The notes: generated by a model from the sequence alone, not told the origin. Positions 50,855-60,743 are shown, counted from the first letter of the stretch. The stretch: DNA of 64,000 nt from an uncultured Gemmatimonadales bacterium (GCA_963798915.1 CAWCVB010000001.1:270216-334215); one strand, 5' to 3'. Translations and numbers: made by a program.

Positions 50855-51385
50855 TCAAGGTCTCGCCGCCGACCCCGCCGGCGCGCCGGTATTCCAGACT
50901 TCCCGGCTGAAGAGCCATCGGCCATCGGGCTCGCGATGCCAGAGCTGCATGTAGTGTCCTCGGTCGGTGGCCGGCGGCCCGCCGGCAGCCGGCACGAGCG
51001 TCCATTCGAATGCCGCCACCTCCATTGCCCACTCGCCATCCAGGAACAGTTCGCGGTCCGTGACGTTCAGGCTGGAGGTGCGCATCTGGCCTACGAGCGC
51101 TTCGTACCAGGTTCGCGCGGCCACCTTGCCGTTGAGCGCGGCTTCACCCGGCGGCATGATCACAACGTCGTCTGCGAGCAGCACGGACAGTGAATCCGGG
51201 TCGTCGCTCCGGAGTGCAGCGAGCAACCGGTCAGCGGCGCTGTCAACTGCGGCACGGGCCACCGGGTGCTCACTGCTGGCGCCTGGTGGGCCTGCCTTGT
51301 CAGCGCTTTGGGTGAGGCAGGCTGCGATGCCGAGCAGCAGTACCGGCATGACGCCGCGGCGGGCGGAGATACCATCAGGGCGCAT
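50855..51385 (-). CDS. NTF2/DUF4440 (YybH-like) lipoprotein
   Basis: GIAAC lipobox, ADDVVIMPPG..GK, GHYMQLWHREPDGRW and EVWN. Confidence 0.85.
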   Translation of the reverse strand: MRPDGISARRGVMPVLLLGIAACLTQSADKAGPPGASSEHPVARAAVDSAADRLLAALRSDDPDSLSVLLADDVVIMPPGEAALNGKVAARTWYEALVGQMRTSSLNVTDRELFLDGEWAMEVAAFEWTLVPAAGGPPATDRGHYMQLWHREPDGRWLFSREVWNTGAPAGSAARP

Positions 51386-51735
51386 GGGCTCATACCGTGA
51401 CGAAGGAGTGAACCAGCAGGCGCTGCCCGCCTGCGTCCTGAAATTGGACTCGGCCAGGCTGACGGCAGCGGAAGCAATTGTCGGATGGTGAAAGGCCGCA
51501 TGCCTGTCGGCCGCTTCATGAGGAGATATCGCCGCAGACGCTCGCTCGCAAGAGCACGGCTTTTTGATGGGCCCCGTATCCTGGGCCCACCGATCATGAG
51601 GCCGCGTGCGGGTCCCTACGGCGCCGCTGCCAGCCCCGTCAGCGCCGCCTGACCCCGAACGAACCTGTCGATAAATGGACGAGTCCTTCGTCTGGGATGG
51701 ACGCGGCGCCAATCCCGGTCGCGCCAGACGGCTCC

Positions 51736-52305
51736 TTACCGGTGAATCTGGACGTTGCCCGACGAAAGTTCCATCGATGGTGTACCGTCGAAGCCTCCCG
51801 CACACCCCAGCGCCGCCGTGCCCGGTCCGCCGATCACGACTGGCGTGCTGGTGTCGGCCGGATCGCCAGCGCCCTCACCATTGTCGTTGACGATGGCAAA
51901 GACCTCCAGGACGCCTTGTGGAGGGGGACCGCCGAAGACAGTACCTTTCGGATCGATGATCTGGGCGGCCAGACCACCGATGCGCACCTGCGTCTCGCTC
52001 ACGATCTCGAAGCAGGTCACCGGCCCCCGCCACTGCACGATGCCGGTGAGAAGCTGAAAGCCACCGCTTACGGCGCCGTCCGCCGCGCGACGTGCGTTGA
52101 ATTCCAGGTTGCGTGGATAGGGTACCCCGTTGAGATCGCCGAAGGTGTGCGCCGACCCGGTCACAGACTCCACGAAGGCGTCAGCGGCGGTGGGCGCGAT
52201 CGCCTCCGCGGGTTCCGGGGCCAAGACCCCGGCGGAGTCCTGGCATGCGCTCACGAGTGCCATTGCGGCGAATGCAGCCAGCGCTGTGGGATATTGAAGT
52301 CGCAT
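51736..52305 (-). CDS. Hypothetical lipoprotein
   Basis: GGAGG RBS, LVSAC-QDSAGVLAP, GPVTC...DNGEG...C and C-terminal GNVQIH. Confidence 0.78.
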   Translation of the reverse strand: MRLQYPTALAAFAAMALVSACQDSAGVLAPEPAEAIAPTAADAFVESVTGSAHTFGDLNGVPYPRNLEFNARRAADGAVSGGFQLLTGIVQWRGPVTCFEIVSETQVRIGGLAAQIIDPKGTVFGGPPPQGVLEVFAIVNDNGEGAGDPADTSTPVVIGGPGTAALGCAGGFDGTPSMELSSGNVQIHR

Positions 52306-52433
52306 GATGTTTACCTCCAGTCGCGAGTAGTGTGCCCATGCCGAACGGCGATGGGCGCGGTGGCCCGGAGAGCAAGAGCGTTTCCCGGTTGTCGCAGGTC
52401 CGAAATACGCCGACATGAGGCGGTACTGCCTGC

Positions 52434-52640
52434 TGGAAGGGATGCACCGGCGAGGGACAGAGCGAGACGGAACAGCGTCGATGAGCGGTGCGGGAGAGGA
52501 AGGGACTGCACCGGCGCGGGACAGACCGAGCGGAGCAGCGCTGACGATCGGGAGAGGGGCGGAGACAGGGTCCGGTCGTCCCGGGGCGTATCCGGTCGTC
52601 CCCCGCTGCGGGATACCACGAGCGATTTCCGGTCACCTTG
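52434..52640. promoter_or_regulatory. Repeat-rich divergent promoter region
   Basis: Imperfect ~60-bp tandem duplication GGAAGGGA(C)TGCACCGGCG.GGGACAGA.CGAG.. at ~52434 and ~52498. TCCGGTCGTCCC at 52571 and 52591, TCCGGTCACC at 52628. Confidence 0.55.
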
Positions 52641-52701
52641 CTGGTGGCCGCTCCCCCTGACTTTCCGCCAAGGACAGCGTAATCCTCCACGTGGAGCACT
52701 T

Positions 52702-53695
52702 ATGCGCGCGCGCCCAACCTGCATCATGGCGTTTGCTGTCGTGCTTGCCGTCAGCTGCACCCCGTCCGATGCCCCGCCGGTGGCTGCCACGCACTCCGCC
52801 GATACCATGGCGCCGCAGCCGTTCCCGGACAGCGGACGTACTGCTGGATGCCGACCGTGCCTTCGCGCGGGACTGGGTCGAACGTGGTCCGGGCGCCTGG
52901 GCGGCAGTGTGGCAAAAGCGCGGGCGCAAGCCGGCGCCCGGCGGGGATGCGGTCGGGCCGGAGGCGGTGCGGGCATCCGTGGCCCCGCTGTGGGACCGCT
53001 TCGGAGCGCGCTTCCGCTGGGCACCCACCCACGCGGCCATGCTGTGGCCAGACTCGCTGGGCTACACCGTGGGCAAGTGGTGGATCGATCCCGACTCGGG
53101 CGGTGCACCGCCGGATACCGCGCACTACCTGACGGTGTGGCAGCGCGATGGCGAGGCATGGCGGGTGGCGCTCGATGTGGGACTCGCCGATGCGGCGGCC
53201 GATCCTGCAGCGCATGACTTCGATTTCTGGAGGGGGGACTGGGATGTGGCCCAGACCATCCGCGCCGTCGCGGGTGCGGATTCGTTCGATACCTTCCAGG
53301 CGACCGACCGCGTGCGCGCACTCCCCGTCGGTACGGGTCTGGCCGAGAGCTGGGAGGGCGATGTCCGCTTCTTCTGGACTGGCATGAGCGCGCCGGCGCA
53401 CATCCGGGGCGCGAGCCTACGCGTCTATGATCCGAAGGCGAAGACGTGGAGTATTTACTGGATTGACACGCTGGATCCGGCGTTCGGCGAGGCCTTCACG
53501 GGGGCATTCAAGGACAGCGTGGGCACGTTTCTGCACCGGCCTGCGACCGCGGGCGCACACGCCGCGCGCATCCGGTTCACGCCGCACGCGGATGGCACCG
53601 TGGACTGGCGCCTGGCGTCGCAGTTGGACAGCGGGGAATGGCGCACACTGTGGACCATGAAGTTCACGACGGCGGGGGCTGGCGACGGCGCCTGA
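52702..53695 (+). CDS. Lipoprotein with NTF2-like and DUF1579-like domains, frameshift at ~52810-52835
   Basis: Lipobox LAVSC in one frame, then LLDADRAF, LGYTVG..YLTVWQR..WRVALDVG, HDFDFWRGDW and YDPKAKTWSIYWID. Confidence 0.72.
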
Positions 53696-54255
53696 GAGTG
53701 CCGCACCCACCACACCATGCGCGGCAGCGCTGCCTCGCTCCGTTCCCGGTCGTGGAGCACCGCCCACGGGATCATCGCGCCGGCCTGCTCCAGCGCGACC
53801 CAGACGCGCAGATCGTCCGGCGCAACGCGGCACATCGTGAGCCCGTCGAACCAGAGACACCGGGCATCGACGTCGACGAGCGGGAAGCTCACCGATCGGT
53901 CTTTCGCCTCCCATCCCTCGAGGCTCGGCGCGAAATGTTGCAGCCGCATGACGAGGACCGTGTCTTCCCGTCGGAGCGTCACCAGCTCGTAGAAACGGAC
54001 CTGATCGCCACGGATCAGCCGGAATACGCCGGTCATCGCCCCGCCGGCCGCGGGCAGCCACATCTCTCCGGCCGTCGCTCCGAGCCCCTCGCCCAACCAG
54101 TGACCGGCCAACCAGGCGACCGCTGACAAGGCAACGCTCGGGCGCGGCGCCGAGCTGTCCGCTCGCAGAGTGTGCTCAGTGAGCGACGTCTGGGCGAGGG
54201 CCGGGCCCGCCCCCGCCAGACCAAGTGACAGGAGCGCCAGGGCCGAGCATCTCAT
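53455..54255 (-). CDS. DUF6265-like secreted protein, 3' end reads through into the convergent gene (true end near 53750 uncertain)
   Basis: Signal peptide, AWLAGHW.GEG.G..GEMW.P..GGAM.G, FYE, QHF..LEGWE and WFDGLT. Confidence 0.7.
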   Translation of the reverse strand: MRCSALALLSLGLAGAGPALAQTSLTEHTLRADSSAPRPSVALSAVAWLAGHWLGEGLGATAGEMWLPAAGGAMTGVFRLIRGDQVRFYELVTLRREDTVLVMRLQHFAPSLEGWEAKDRSVSFPLVDVDARCLWFDGLTMCRVAPDDLRVWVALEQAGAMIPWAVLHDRERSEAALPRMVWWVRHSQAPSPAPAVVNFMVHSVRHSPLSNCDARRQSTVPSACGVNRMRAACAPAVAGRCRNVPTLSLNAPVKASPNAGSSVSIQ

Positions 54256-54596
54256 GCGGTCCGGTCCCGAGGTTGGAGGAGGACTGCGAGTTGTTGGAAG
54301 CAGTCGGCCCAGCCGTGCTCGTGCCCGGCCGCAAGCTCCCGGTCGCCAAAGCCCGAGTGGACCAGGTGCAGCTCAGTGCCACCGGCGCACGGGGTCAGCT
54401 CGATCGCGACGAGGGTCCCGGGACCCGGCAAGGTTTCCCATACGTAGGAGTAGACCAACCGCCGCGGCGGTTCGATCTCGCGGTAGACGCCGCTCAGTGG
54501 CATCAGACCTTCGTCGACAACGTCGTCGCCGCCGGCGGCCCCGTTCACATGATCATCAGCGTGCCGACCCATGAGTCGCGCGTCAATTCCACACAA
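54252..54596 (-). pseudogene. SRPBCC/AHSA1 domain, 5'-disrupted
   Basis: GVYREIEPPRRLVYSYVW, GTELHLVHSG and HEHGW..F..L. No recognisable N-terminal half. Confidence 0.65.
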
Positions 54597-54796
54597 GCCA
54601 CCTCGCGGCTCGACGCATTCAGCCTGGGGCGCCGGGGCAAGGCTACTTGTTCACTCACGTCTGCACGCAGTCTACTCCGAAGCGCTGGGCGTCCGCGCTC
54701 CCACGGCGGCCGCGACGTGCAACCATTGGGATGGTGAAGATGTCCAAGAATGAGCCTTCGTGACCTCGCCAGCCACTGCCACAGCGGAGAAAGATC

Positions 54797-56176
54797 ATGC
54801 ATGCATGGACGCCCATCGTCTGCCTGATGTCCATCACCGCCCAGGGGAATCCCGCCCGGAACCCGGTCGCGACCGCCGCCCTGCCGATCCGCTCGATCGA
54901 GCTCGACGAACCATCGATGGCCGACCTGGAGCCCCTGGTCGATCTCATCGGTCAAGCTCGAGTGGTCGCGCTCGGCGAAGGCAGCCACGGCGCCGGCTCA
55001 GACTTTCGAGCGAAGGCTCGCCTGATCCGCTTTCTGCATGAGCGACTGGGCTTCGACGTGATTCTCTGGGAGGCGGGAATCTACGACGTGCGCTACCTGA
55101 TGGACGCGCTCGATGCGCACACCCCACCGCCTCAGGCAGCCGCCCGGGCGCTGTATGCGCATTGGGCGGCCTCCGAGGAGGTGGCATCGCTTCTGGAATA
55201 CGTGGAGGCGGAGCGCACGGCGGGACGGCCGATCGACATCGGCGGATTCGACCTCCAGATCTCGCGGCCGTTTCGGACTACGGGCCCCCTCGTCAGAGAC
55301 CTCCGGAGCTTCTTCGAGACGGACGATGGCACGCTGCTACCGGAGGAATACGCCGCCCGGCTCGACAGCCTGCGAGTCCGGGCGGCGGCAGCCGAGGCGT
55401 TCGCGACGAGCGTCGAGAACGAGGGGCGAGCCTCCCGCTATTTCGCCCCGACCTATCGGGCGCTCGCAGCCCTTGGCCCGGATCTCCTGCACGTCATCGA
55501 TGAGCAGAGTAACGCGCTGCGAGCGAGGCATTCGCCACGCCAGATCGCGCTGATCCGGCAGATGCTCAAGAGTCTCTCGGGGCTGGAGCGCATCAACGAG
55601 CCGCTGCCCGGTGACCCGGAGCGACCCAAGTGGGATTTCGTCCGGCGCTGGAACGAGCGGGAGCTCGTGAATACGGCGAACATCGACTGGTACGTCCACG
55701 CCCGCTATCCCGACCGCAAGATCATCATCTGGGCCCACAACGCGCACGTGGTCGAGGGCTTCCTGACCTCCAACTTCTCGAAATTCTCCGCCATCGCGCC
55801 GACGGAGCTGCCCATTCGACCGAGCGGATTGCAGATTCGCACGGCGCTGGGTGACGAGCTCTTTTCGATCATGTTTACGGCATACGAGGGGAGCGTCCGC
55901 CGAATGGACGACGCCCTGGCCCTGACCAGCAAAACCGTCCCGCTGGAGCCCGCGCCCGAGGGGTCGCTCGAAGAACGCCTGCACACCGCCGGATTCCGCT
56001 ATGCGATTCTTCCGCTGGGCGCCGCCAGGCCACCCTTCTCGGACTGGCTCAATACGCCACGTGTCGGCCGCATCGACACCGAGTTCCTTCCTCCTCAGGT
56101 GCTCGACTGGAGGCGGGTCGCCGACGCGATGTTCTTCATCGACATCGTCGAGCCCTCGATGATCGCCGTGCCTTGA
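54797..56176 (+). CDS. Erythromycin esterase family protein
   Basis: VVALGEGSHG, LHERLGFD...EAG, GGFDLQ and KIIIWAHNAHV. Confidence 0.87.
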   Translation: MHAWTPIVCLMSITAQGNPARNPVATAALPIRSIELDEPSMADLEPLVDLIGQARVVALGEGSHGAGSDFRAKARLIRFLHERLGFDVILWEAGIYDVRYLMDALDAHTPPPQAAARALYAHWAASEEVASLLEYVEAERTAGRPIDIGGFDLQISRPFRTTGPLVRDLRSFFETDDGTLLPEEYAARLDSLRVRAAAAEAFATSVENEGRASRYFAPTYRALAALGPDLLHVIDEQSNALRARHSPRQIALIRQMLKSLSGLERINEPLPGDPERPKWDFVRRWNERELVNTANIDWYVHARYPDRKIIIWAHNAHVVEGFLTSNFSKFSAIAPTELPIRPSGLQIRTALGDELFSIMFTAYEGSVRRMDDALALTSKTVPLEPAPEGSLEERLHTAGFRYAILPLGAARPPFSDWLNTPRVGRIDTEFLPPQVLDWRRVADAMFFIDIVEPSMIAVP

Positions 56177-56461
56177 ATCGGCTGCATGGCCCGCGTCGGA
56201 CTCGTAGCCATGTCGGGACGCGGTGACCCGCAGGCTTTCGCCGGATCGGACTCGGTTTGCCTGGAAGCTTGCCGGCACGGGGTACACGAAGCCCTCGCGC
56301 GCAGGCAAAGACGCGGTTTGGCGACGCTGAGGCCGCAGCAGGCTGCGACGAAGGCGCTGTCGGTGCGACCGGCGGTGCGTGCTGCTGTTCACCCGCTGGT
56401 TGTGTGCATCGCGCCTCCGCATTCACTCGCACCGAAGCCGCCATCATCGTCGGTCAAGTCA

Positions 56462-57157
56462 TCAGCGAGGCCCAGCCGGACACGAGGCTACAGGCCGTCC
56501 CGCATGCGAACGATCAAGATCGTCGGGCATGCCAGCTACTGGACCGGATTCGACTGCTCCACGCTCCAGCCCGCAGCGATCGCCCGGTCGTTGGCACAGA
56601 TCAGGTCCGCCAGGAGGTTGGCCGGCCCCGGCAGCGTCGCCATCATCAGCGTGGACACGTCGAACTGCACGGTGGTCTTGGTCGCCGGATCGAACTCGGC
56701 GGGCGGATGGATCTCCAGCTGGATGCAATCCTCGTCGGCTTTCATCTCCGTGTAACCCAGCTCGACCGGGCCGAAGCTGAGGGATACGCTCTCGGACGGG
56801 GTGGCATCCGGGTCGGACGATCGAGGCATCAGGGCGCCATGCAGCCGGAGGAACAGCACCGGCCCGATCTGCGGGTCGAAGCCGGCACCGGTAACCGTGA
56901 GTGTGCCCCGGAAGGTGCGGCCGTCATCGCTGGCGCCGGTGGCCGGTACTGTGATGCCGCTCCTGGTTCCGCCGGTCCGATGCTCGAACACCGTCTCGCC
57001 CTTGAGGTCGGCGCCGGTGGTGGCGGCGAGCGCCGGCGGCGCGGCGGCTTCGATAGGCGCTGTCGGCGCCTGGTCGGTCGGGCCGCAGGCGGCGGGGAGC
57101 GCCAGCAGGGCCGCGGAGAGGGGAGCAGCGGATCCGGTACCACCGATGGTTGGTCAT
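56462..57157 (-). CDS. Hypothetical lipoprotein, frameshifted near the N-terminus (and possibly the C-terminus)
   Basis: GGAGG-ATG at 57157. The main frame gives SAALLALPAAC-GPTDQAPTAP..PPALA, then CIQLEI...PGPANLLADLIC. Confidence 0.6.
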
Positions 57158-57212
57158 GGAGCCTCCGAATGCCGGTCGGCAATGGGGTCCTCAGTCGTCG
57201 TCGGGGTATGCA

Positions 57213-58628
57213 TCAGGGACTTGCGTCTCCAGAGATTCTGGGAATGGCGAGCGTCGGACCTATCGTTCCCTGCGTTCCGGGTGAGGTTGGTCTGGTCGTA
57301 GCCGTTGCATTCATGACGTAGATGTCCTGATTCCCGTCGCGGTTGCTCCCGAAGGCATGGCCGGCTGCCATCTGGTGACCAGACTCGGGAGTGAAGTCCG
57401 TGCCCCGTTGTCGGTGAGGCCCGCAAGCCCAGACCCGTCCGCGGTGATTGTATAGATCTCGCTGCCTCCACCGAGGATCGCGCTGAATGCGAGGCTGCCA
57501 CCGTCCGGCGACCGGAGAGCTCGTCGAGAAGATGATTCCTTCATCCCGTTTCGGTGTACCATCGGATCCAGGATGGGCCGCCGGCATGTCAGCCCGCAGA
57601 TGTAGCGGAGCCCCCGTCACCGTGGCTACTGAAGGCATCCGGTCGCCGGCCCGGGATGCCCCATCGGCTCGCGACGTCGGCAGTGGTGTGGGTCGCAGTC
57701 ACCCCGGAGCCATCGGCGTTCATCACAAAGCATGACGGCGCGCCCGGGACTCCACAGGTATGGTCTTCCGGCGCTGAATGCGGCGAAATCTGCTAGCCAT
57801 CGGGCGACCGAATGGGCGAAAGAGGCGGCGAACCCCGGAGTAGGAGTGAGATTCACTTGCCGAGACCCGTCACGTTCATGACATAGATGTAGGCGCTCAG
57901 GGAGTTGCTGAGGACGAGGCGATCCTGCTACCGTCGGGTGACCAGGTAGGCGTCTCGGGGAATGCCGTTAGCGGGACCAGGTCGTCGGGAGTGAGATTGA
58001 CCGGATCGGACCCATCCGCGTTCATCACAAAGATGTCAAGGTACTCGTCCCGGCTGCTGACGAAGGCGATTCTGCTGCCGTCGGGAGACCAGGCAGGTTC
58101 GAAGTCACTAGCTGGGTTGTTGGTGAGGTTGACTGGGTTGGAGCCGTCGGCATCCATGACATAGATTTCCACATTGCCGTCCCGGTCGGTTTGGAACAGG
58201 AGCATGCCCGCTGCCGCGCCGTCACTGCCCAGCGCGAGGTCCGCCCCCTCCAGCAGCGGTGCCCCCTCAGCGTCACTCAACACCCCATCGGCCACGAAGT
58301 TGGTCACTTGTTGACGAAATGCCCGCAGGCTGGCCCGCGCAGCGCAGAGATGCCCGTCGGTCAGCGCGCGTTCGGCGTTGTCCAGGTGATTCCGCAGCGC
58401 GCCGGCCTGGCCGGCATTGAGCGCACCGGCAGCTTCCAGCGCGTCCACCTGGGCCCGGAGCGTCGCAATCTCGGCGAGCACATCGGCCTCGCTGCCCCCC
58501 AGGCTGCAGGTGGCACCGGCCTCCGCGGTGAGCGATGCGGGACGGCTCTGCGGAGCCGTCGGCAGCTCACCCGGGCTGCAGGCGGATATTGCTCCTGCAA
58601 GGCAGCCGAGAATCAGGATATGCCTCAT
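57213..58628 (-). CDS. Lipoprotein with FIMAH-like helical domain and TolB-like PD40 propeller, 3' half (57213-57900) broken by many 1-bp indels
   Basis: AISAC-SPGELPTAP, helical LNAGQAGAL..L..F..V..GVLS segment, and repeated DRDGNVEIYVM.ADGS / PAWSPDGSRIAF. Further IYVMN.DG, FVMNADGS, SPDGGSLAF and SNRDGNQDIYVMN appear in shifting frames. Confidence 0.8.
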
Positions 58629-58648
58629 GACTCCTCCGTGATCGATGC

Positions 58649-59554
58649 TCATGGCAATGCGACGAACTGGCCGATGAAGTCGCGCTCGGCGGGGGTGTCG
58701 AGCCGCTGGCTCCGGGCCACGCCGGTGCCGCAGACCTGGTTGATCCCTCCGCCTCCCAGCAGCGCCATGGCTACGTTTGACCCGCCCAGGAAGTCCGGAG
58801 AGCCGGAGTCGCCGCTGCAGAGGCCACCCTGGTCCGTGGCCGCGCCCGTCATCTGGAACAGAAACCAGTCACGGCTCAGGCCTTGGAATGGAGCCGAGGT
58901 CACCTGGCGGTATCCGGGGACGAACTTGCCGTTGATCTCCCCCGCAATCGGCACGGTGCCGTAACCGACCAGCGTGAAGTCCTGACCATGCAGGCCTCCA
59001 CGGGCGGCCAGGGCATCGAGCTCCCCTTCGTGCGGCAGCTCCACGGGAGTCACGCCGGCGAACGTCCCTTCAGGAAAGAGCAGAACGGCGACATCGTGCC
59101 GCCTTGCGGATGGGGGATCCCCGTCGAACTGTGGATGGACCACGACCTCATCCGCATAGACCACAGGCGCGATCACCCGAAATGGAAAGTCATCGGGGAA
59201 TACGCCCGGAACGACAACGGGGTCCTCCGGGCTCCCCGGCTCCAGCGTCACCGCCCACCGGGCGCGGGGTGCCGTCTCGATGCAGTGGGCCGCCGTCAGG
59301 AACACTGTCTCGGACAGAACCGAACCCGTGCACAGCGCAAAGGGAGGAAGGGGTCCTTCGCTTCCATCAACATCGAAGGCCAGAAGGCCAACATTGCCAT
59401 GTCCCTGGAGATCCGGGGCGCCTTGGACCAGGAAGCCGGGTGCGCCTCCCGGGCGATCAGCCTCGGGACCTACGGCGGCTTCCTGACAGGCTGCAAGCAT
59501 GACGAGGCCGCTGACAGCGGCGACCAATGGTCGGAAAAAGAATGAAGAAGGCAT
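58649..59554 (-). CDS. Trypsin-like S1 serine protease lipoprotein
   Basis: MLAAC lipobox, CTGSVL..FLTAAHC, HDVAVL, VGYG and LCSGDSGSP (complete triad). Confidence 0.9.
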   Translation of the reverse strand: MPSSFFFRPLVAAVSGLVMLAACQEAAVGPEADRPGGAPGFLVQGAPDLQGHGNVGLLAFDVDGSEGPLPPFALCTGSVLSETVFLTAAHCIETAPRARWAVTLEPGSPEDPVVVPGVFPDDFPFRVIAPVVYADEVVVHPQFDGDPPSARRHDVAVLLFPEGTFAGVTPVELPHEGELDALAARGGLHGQDFTLVGYGTVPIAGEINGKFVPGYRQVTSAPFQGLSRDWFLFQMTGAATDQGGLCSGDSGSPDFLGGSNVAMALLGGGGINQVCGTGVARSQRLDTPAERDFIGQFVALP

Positions 59555-59587
59555 CAGTACCGTTCCTGAGGATTATGTTCCCGGGGA

Positions 59588-60652
59588 TTACGGCTCAATG
59601 ACGACAATACCGGGCTTGGTGCCGCCGAAATTGGGCAGGGCGAAGTTTGCGACGAAGAGCCGGCTACGGTCTGCGCCATGAACCCCGAAGACGGCGTTGA
59701 CGGGAAAGTCCAATGGGGGGCCGCTGGCCACCAGGTCGAATGTGGTACCGTCCGGGCTCACCTTCACGATCCGGTTCTGCCCGATCACCATGGCGTAGAT
59801 CGCGCCGTGGATGTCCAGCACGATGCCATCCACCGTGAAGATTTTCGGATCCTGCGCCAGGGTGGAGAGCTCGCCGGGACCTCCGTCGGGCTGGATGGGA
59901 ATCGAGAGCAGGGCGCCTTTCTCAGTGTTCGCCACGATCAGGGTTCCCGGGCCGCCATCCCCCGGGCGGAATACGATCCCGTTGGCACCAATGGGCACCG
60001 GTAACGGAAGCTCCCCGGTTCCGGCCAGCGCCTCGCTCTCGACCCACGGCTCGGCGCTGCCGCCCGGGGGGATCCGCCAGACCGCACCGATCGTCGGGTC
60101 TCCGCCGCACGGCACCCGGGTCGATTCCGTCACGTACAGGTTCCCGCGCTCGTCAAACACCAGCGCATTCGGATAGCAGATGGCCCCGGTTCCCGGAAGC
60201 CGGCTGGCGGTTCCCGTGCGGCCATCCATCCGGTAGACGCCCTGAGTCGCGGGGTCGAGCGTGGCAAGCGCGGCATACACATCGCCACTGGGACTGGTCG
60301 CCAGGCCAAGCACACCTGGTGCTCCGGGAGGAATCGGGACCTGGTCGGAAGGCAGGAGGGTGGCAAAGGGTTGCACCGTACCATCCGGCTCGATTCGGCG
60401 GACCTCGGCCAGGCGCGTAAGTCCCACATAGAGACGGCCTTGGGGATCGAACGCTATGCCTTCGGGGAATTCGCCGGCTGCGGGGTCGAAGCTGATGACG
60501 TCCCAGGTGCGCGTCATGTCATGAGCCAGGCCAGTATTGGAGGAATTCACGAGCGCGCCCGCGGAGCAGGCGGCGATGGCCGCCCAAAGCAGCACGTCAG
60601 GGCGTGTGAATGTCAATTGGAACATTGCTGGCCTCATGACCGTGTTCAACAT
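59588..60652 (-). CDS. SMP-30/gluconolactonase-like beta-propeller, probably exported (IAAC)
   Basis: PEGIAFD, YPNALVFDERGNLYVTES, GANGI, VDGIVLD..G.IY, FP..AVFG and LFVANF. Start uncertain. Confidence 0.85.
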   Translation of the reverse strand: MLNTVMRPAMFQLTFTRPDVLLWAAIAACSAGALVNSSNTGLAHDMTRTWDVISFDPAAGEFPEGIAFDPQGRLYVGLTRLAEVRRIEPDGTVQPFATLLPSDQVPIPPGAPGVLGLATSPSGDVYAALATLDPATQGVYRMDGRTGTASRLPGTGAICYPNALVFDERGNLYVTESTRVPCGGDPTIGAVWRIPPGGSAEPWVESEALAGTGELPLPVPIGANGIVFRPGDGGPGTLIVANTEKGALLSIPIQPDGGPGELSTLAQDPKIFTVDGIVLDIHGAIYAMVIGQNRIVKVSPDGTTFDLVASGPPLDFPVNAVFGVHGADRSRLFVANFALPNFGGTKPGIVVIEP

Positions 60653-60664
60653 CCGTGGTCGGGG

Positions 60665-60710
60665 CCATATTCTTAAGGCACAGGCCTCACCAAAGTCTCA
60701 CCCATGGGAG
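60665..60710 (-). promoter_or_regulatory. Putative SARP operator with GGTGAG boxes 11 bp apart and an inverted half-site
   Basis: CTCACC at 60686 and 60697 on the + strand, GGGAG at 60706. AT-rich TTAAGAATAT lies downstream on the minus strand. Confidence 0.5.
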
Positions 60711-60743
60711 CCCTGCCATCCCGCAGATCGGCACGAGCGCGTG

